Of a stretch of 32,000 nucleotides of DNA, positions 30,096-32,000 are shown piece after piece (the first letter of the stretch is position 1; each line of letters starts with the position of its first letter). Under the pieces are notes generated by a model. That model searched no databases, had not been told where the DNA came from, and saw nothing but the letters and a program-made list of their open reading frames with translations. This DNA is from Candidatus Saccharimonadota bacterium (GTDB taxonomy: Bacteria > Patescibacteriota > Gracilibacteria > BD1-5 > UBA6164): positions 540,001-572,000 of the forward strand of contig OZ245922.1 of NCBI GenBank assembly GCA_965229705.1. Reading direction: 5' to 3'. The position numbers and the translations under genes are program-made.

Positions 30096-30794
30096 ATGTA
30101 TAGAACTTTTTTGAAAAAAACTCCAAAGACTCAGGGTTTTACTCTGGTAGAACTAATCACGGTAGTAACAATCCTCGCTGTACTCTCTGCTATAGGATTT
30201 GTCTCTTTTTCTGGGTATCTCGCAGGAGTCAGAGATACCAATAGACTGTCACAGATCACATCTATATATGACTGACTGGAACTTTATTCTACAAAGAATG
30301 ATCTGCCTATGCCTGATGACGCTGTAGAGATACAGGACGGAACCAGTCTCTTATGATATCAAGGAAATATTGGAGCAAATATTCTCGATATCCTCGACTT
30401 TAGTCGAGGAGGTGTTGATCCCAAAGATGATTCATATTTTGTGTATTATCTCTCTGCAGATAAGAATGATTTTCAACTTATGGCGTTTCTCGAGGAAGAA
30501 CAAAACGTCCCAACCGTATTTTTTCCTCAGGCATATGCTAAAGACTATAGTAATCTTTATCCAGTCGTATTTGGAGAAAAGCTTGGAATACTCCTTGATG
30601 AGACAACGAAGACTCCTGTCCATGAGATAGAGGCAGTCAAGACGGCTGGAGCGTTAGATTTAGATGGAAGTACAGAGAGTTATACTGCCTACTTTAAAAA
30701 TGATGATACCGCAACGGATACAGGAGAAAATCTATGAGAGACGATAGAGGAGGAGAGAGAGGAAGGGGCGAGTACTTCTGACAGTATCGAGTAG
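30096..30794 (+). CDS. Type IV pilin-like N-terminal module (232 aa), the upstream half of a split pilin::FISUMP gene
   Basis: MYRTFLKKTPKTQG|FTLVELITVVTILAVLSAIGFVSF.... ORF-track ORF 30441..30737 is in frame. Ends ...GENLGETIEEEREEGASTSDSIE at TAG 30792-30794. Confidence 0.8.
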
Positions 30795-31551
30795 TTCAAC
30801 TACTGCTTCTACTGCGCCTACTGATTGGAGAGCTCAAGATCCTAATTGTGACAGAGCAGATGTGACTATCTGAACACAGACGTGGGCATGATGTAACTCA
30901 ACTCTGGGAACATGATTTGAATGGTGACAAACAGATGCGGATGTAGGGACAAATAATTATAGTGGATCGGTAGGTTCTTCTCAAGGTTGCTACAACTATA
31001 ACGGAAGTACTTCTTGAGTAGCTTGTACCAAGTGAGATATAACGATGGCGAGTACCTCTAAAGCCAATGCTTGGTTTACCGGAACGAATAATAATGGAGA
31101 TACTGCCGTAGATAATATATGGGGAAAGTTCTATACTTGGGATTCTCTCGATACGGATAATGATAACGATATAGATGCAGCTGATACCAATCTTGTATGT
31201 TGAGTGGGATACCATGTACCAAGTGAACTCGAATGGGAAACACTCGAAGAATACTTGAATGGATCAGCTTGTAGAACTTCATATAATAGTTACCAGTGTG
31301 ACTGACAGTGATGGAAGTACCACTCAACGACTAATAGTGATAGCAGTATTGCCGAACTCCTACAGATTCCTTTGAGTGGTCAGCGTACTAATAACACATT
31401 CTATCATCGTGGGAACTATGGGTATCTATGGTCTAGTACGGTAAATGGATCTAAGGCTTATAGGAGAGATTTTTTTTATAATAGTACCAACGTCAATAGT
31501 AACGATGTTACACAATCGAGTTGATATTCAGTCAGGTGTATCAAGGATTAG
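30748..31551 (+). CDS. FISUMP (Fibrobacter succinogenes major paralogous, TIGR02145-like) domain ORF lacking its own start; the +1 frame relative to 30096..30794
   Basis: All 268 codons were translated and the frame is open 30748-31551. ...SSSSTTASTAPTDWRAQDPNCDRADVTIGTQTWAGCN...WGKFYTWD...CGVGYHVPSELEWETL...IPLSGQRTNN.FYHRGNYGYLWSST...GYSVRCIKD. The first in-frame ATG (31045) is inside the domain. TAG at 31549-31551. Confidence 0.8.
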
Positions 31552-31560
31552 GGATTTTTG

Positions 31561-31592
31561 AACGCCGGGGTGTAGCCTGGGGTTGTTTTTTT
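31561..31592 (+). terminator. Probable terminator after the FISUMP ORF
   Basis: AACGCCGGG / CCTGGGGTT imperfect stem (one mismatch, one G-U pair), followed by GTTTTTTT. Confidence 0.45.
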
Positions 31593-31672
31593 AAGAAGAA
31601 CTATATTCACACACAAGATTCTTTCTTGAGTCAACGAAAAAAACTCTTGTTCTATTGTATTTTCGTGAAAAA

Positions 31673-31701
31673 GAAGTATTTTTCTCTTGGAAAATACTTT
31701 C
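31673..31701 (+). promoter_or_regulatory. Conserved inverted repeat in the leader of pilin::FISUMP copy 2
   Basis: GAAGTATTTT (31673-31682) pairs with AAAATACTT(T)C (31691-31701). Counterpart of 29923-29950. Confidence 0.45.
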
Positions 31702-31715
31702 TTAATTATTTCTTT

Positions 31716-32000
31716 ATGAAGCCATCTTTCTTAAAAAAAACTCAGGGTTTTACTCTGGTAGAACTGATCACGGTAGTGACTATCCTTGCTGTACTTGCAG
31801 CTATAGGATTTGTCTCTTTTTCTGGTTATCTCGCAGGAGTACGAGATACCAATAGACTTTCTCAACTTACATCTATCTATGACGGTTTAGAGCTCTACGC
31901 GACAAAGTATGATCTGCCTATGCCTGATGATGCTGTAGAGATACAAGACGGATCGAGTCTCTTAGGATACCAAGGAAATATAGGAGCAAATATCCTCGAT
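31716..32000 (+). CDS. Type IV pilin-like protein, tandem paralogue of 30096.. (5' part only; runs off the window)
   Basis: MKPSFLKKTQG|FTLVELITVVTILAVLAAIGFVSFSGYLAGVRDTNRLSQLTSIYDGLELYATKYDLPMPDDAVEIQDGSSLLGYQGNIGANILD. About 90% identical to copy 1. Confidence 0.85.
   Translation, partial: MKPSFLKKTQGFTLVELITVVTILAVLAAIGFVSFSGYLAGVRDTNRLSQLTSIYDGLELYATKYDLPMPDDAVEIQDGSSLLGYQGNIGANILD

Noticed and set aside
31380-31551. A diversity-generating retroelement variable region at the 3' end of the FISUMP ORF.
   Set aside because: No second (template) copy of this segment and no reverse transcriptase is present in the window. I keep it only as a check suggested under the pilin::FISUMP finding.
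1-32000. Reading the window in the standard code: it looks almost non-coding or massively pseudogenised, with 130 short ORFs and none above 198 aa.
   Set aside because: Same-frame fragments of conserved proteins are separated only by TGA, and TGA sits on invariant Gly positions. The fragmentation is an artefact of the wrong genetic code.
1-32000. TGA = Trp (table 4, Mycoplasma/Spiroplasma-type) as the explanation.
   Set aside because: TGA aligns with Gly in the PNPase GDMDFK, HisRS GGRYD and PiT GANDVAN..G motifs. It is replaced by GGT/GGA in the paralogous pilin copy. TGG is used at Trp positions.

Overview
AT-rich bacterial chromosome segment that cannot be read in the standard code: no ORF exceeds about 200 aa in 32 kb. 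Reading TGA as glycine (NCBI table 25, established only for Gracilibacteria/BD1-5 and Absconditabacteria/SR1) resolves it into about 33 tightly packed genes. All coordinates below are my own manual re-annotation with TGA=Gly and TAA/TAG=stop.

Layout:
- 1 to 9.2 kb, minus strand: an edge-truncated large serine recombinase, then a heavy-metal RND efflux operon (secreted His/Met/Cys-rich protein, long coiled-coil membrane-fusion protein, CusA-like pump, His/Met/Asp-rich lipoprotein), then three ORFans.
- A 600-nt non-coding gap, a lipoprotein, and a decayed tRNA-Arg copy next to tRNA-Arg(GCG).
- A LysM-LysM-CHAP wall hydrolase, rplU, an HExxH protein and a DUF1353-like protein, tRNA-Gln(UUG), and hisS.
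- A PAP2 phosphatase with murG, and a PiT phosphate transporter.
- VTC-domain and CYTH-domain proteins flanking secreted and His-rich ORFs, then pnp.
- An AI-2E/PerM transporter followed by two tandem type IV pilin-like genes.
- An approximately 600-aa SLH-like/PKD/Cys-rich surface protein and a SpoU-family methyltransferase.
- Two tandem pilin-leader::FISUMP-domain paralogues.

Most notable observations:
- The recoding is demonstrated inside the window by TGA versus GGT/GGA substitutions between paralogues.
- Two split genes have halves that overlap at textbook frameshift motifs: A_AAA_AAG for -1, and a purine tract plus GGG_G for +1.
- A family of short hairpin-bearing intergenic repeats is present, with one copy inserted in a pilin leader.
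- Shine-Dalgarno motifs appear to be absent.

No CRISPR array, rRNA or transposase was seen.
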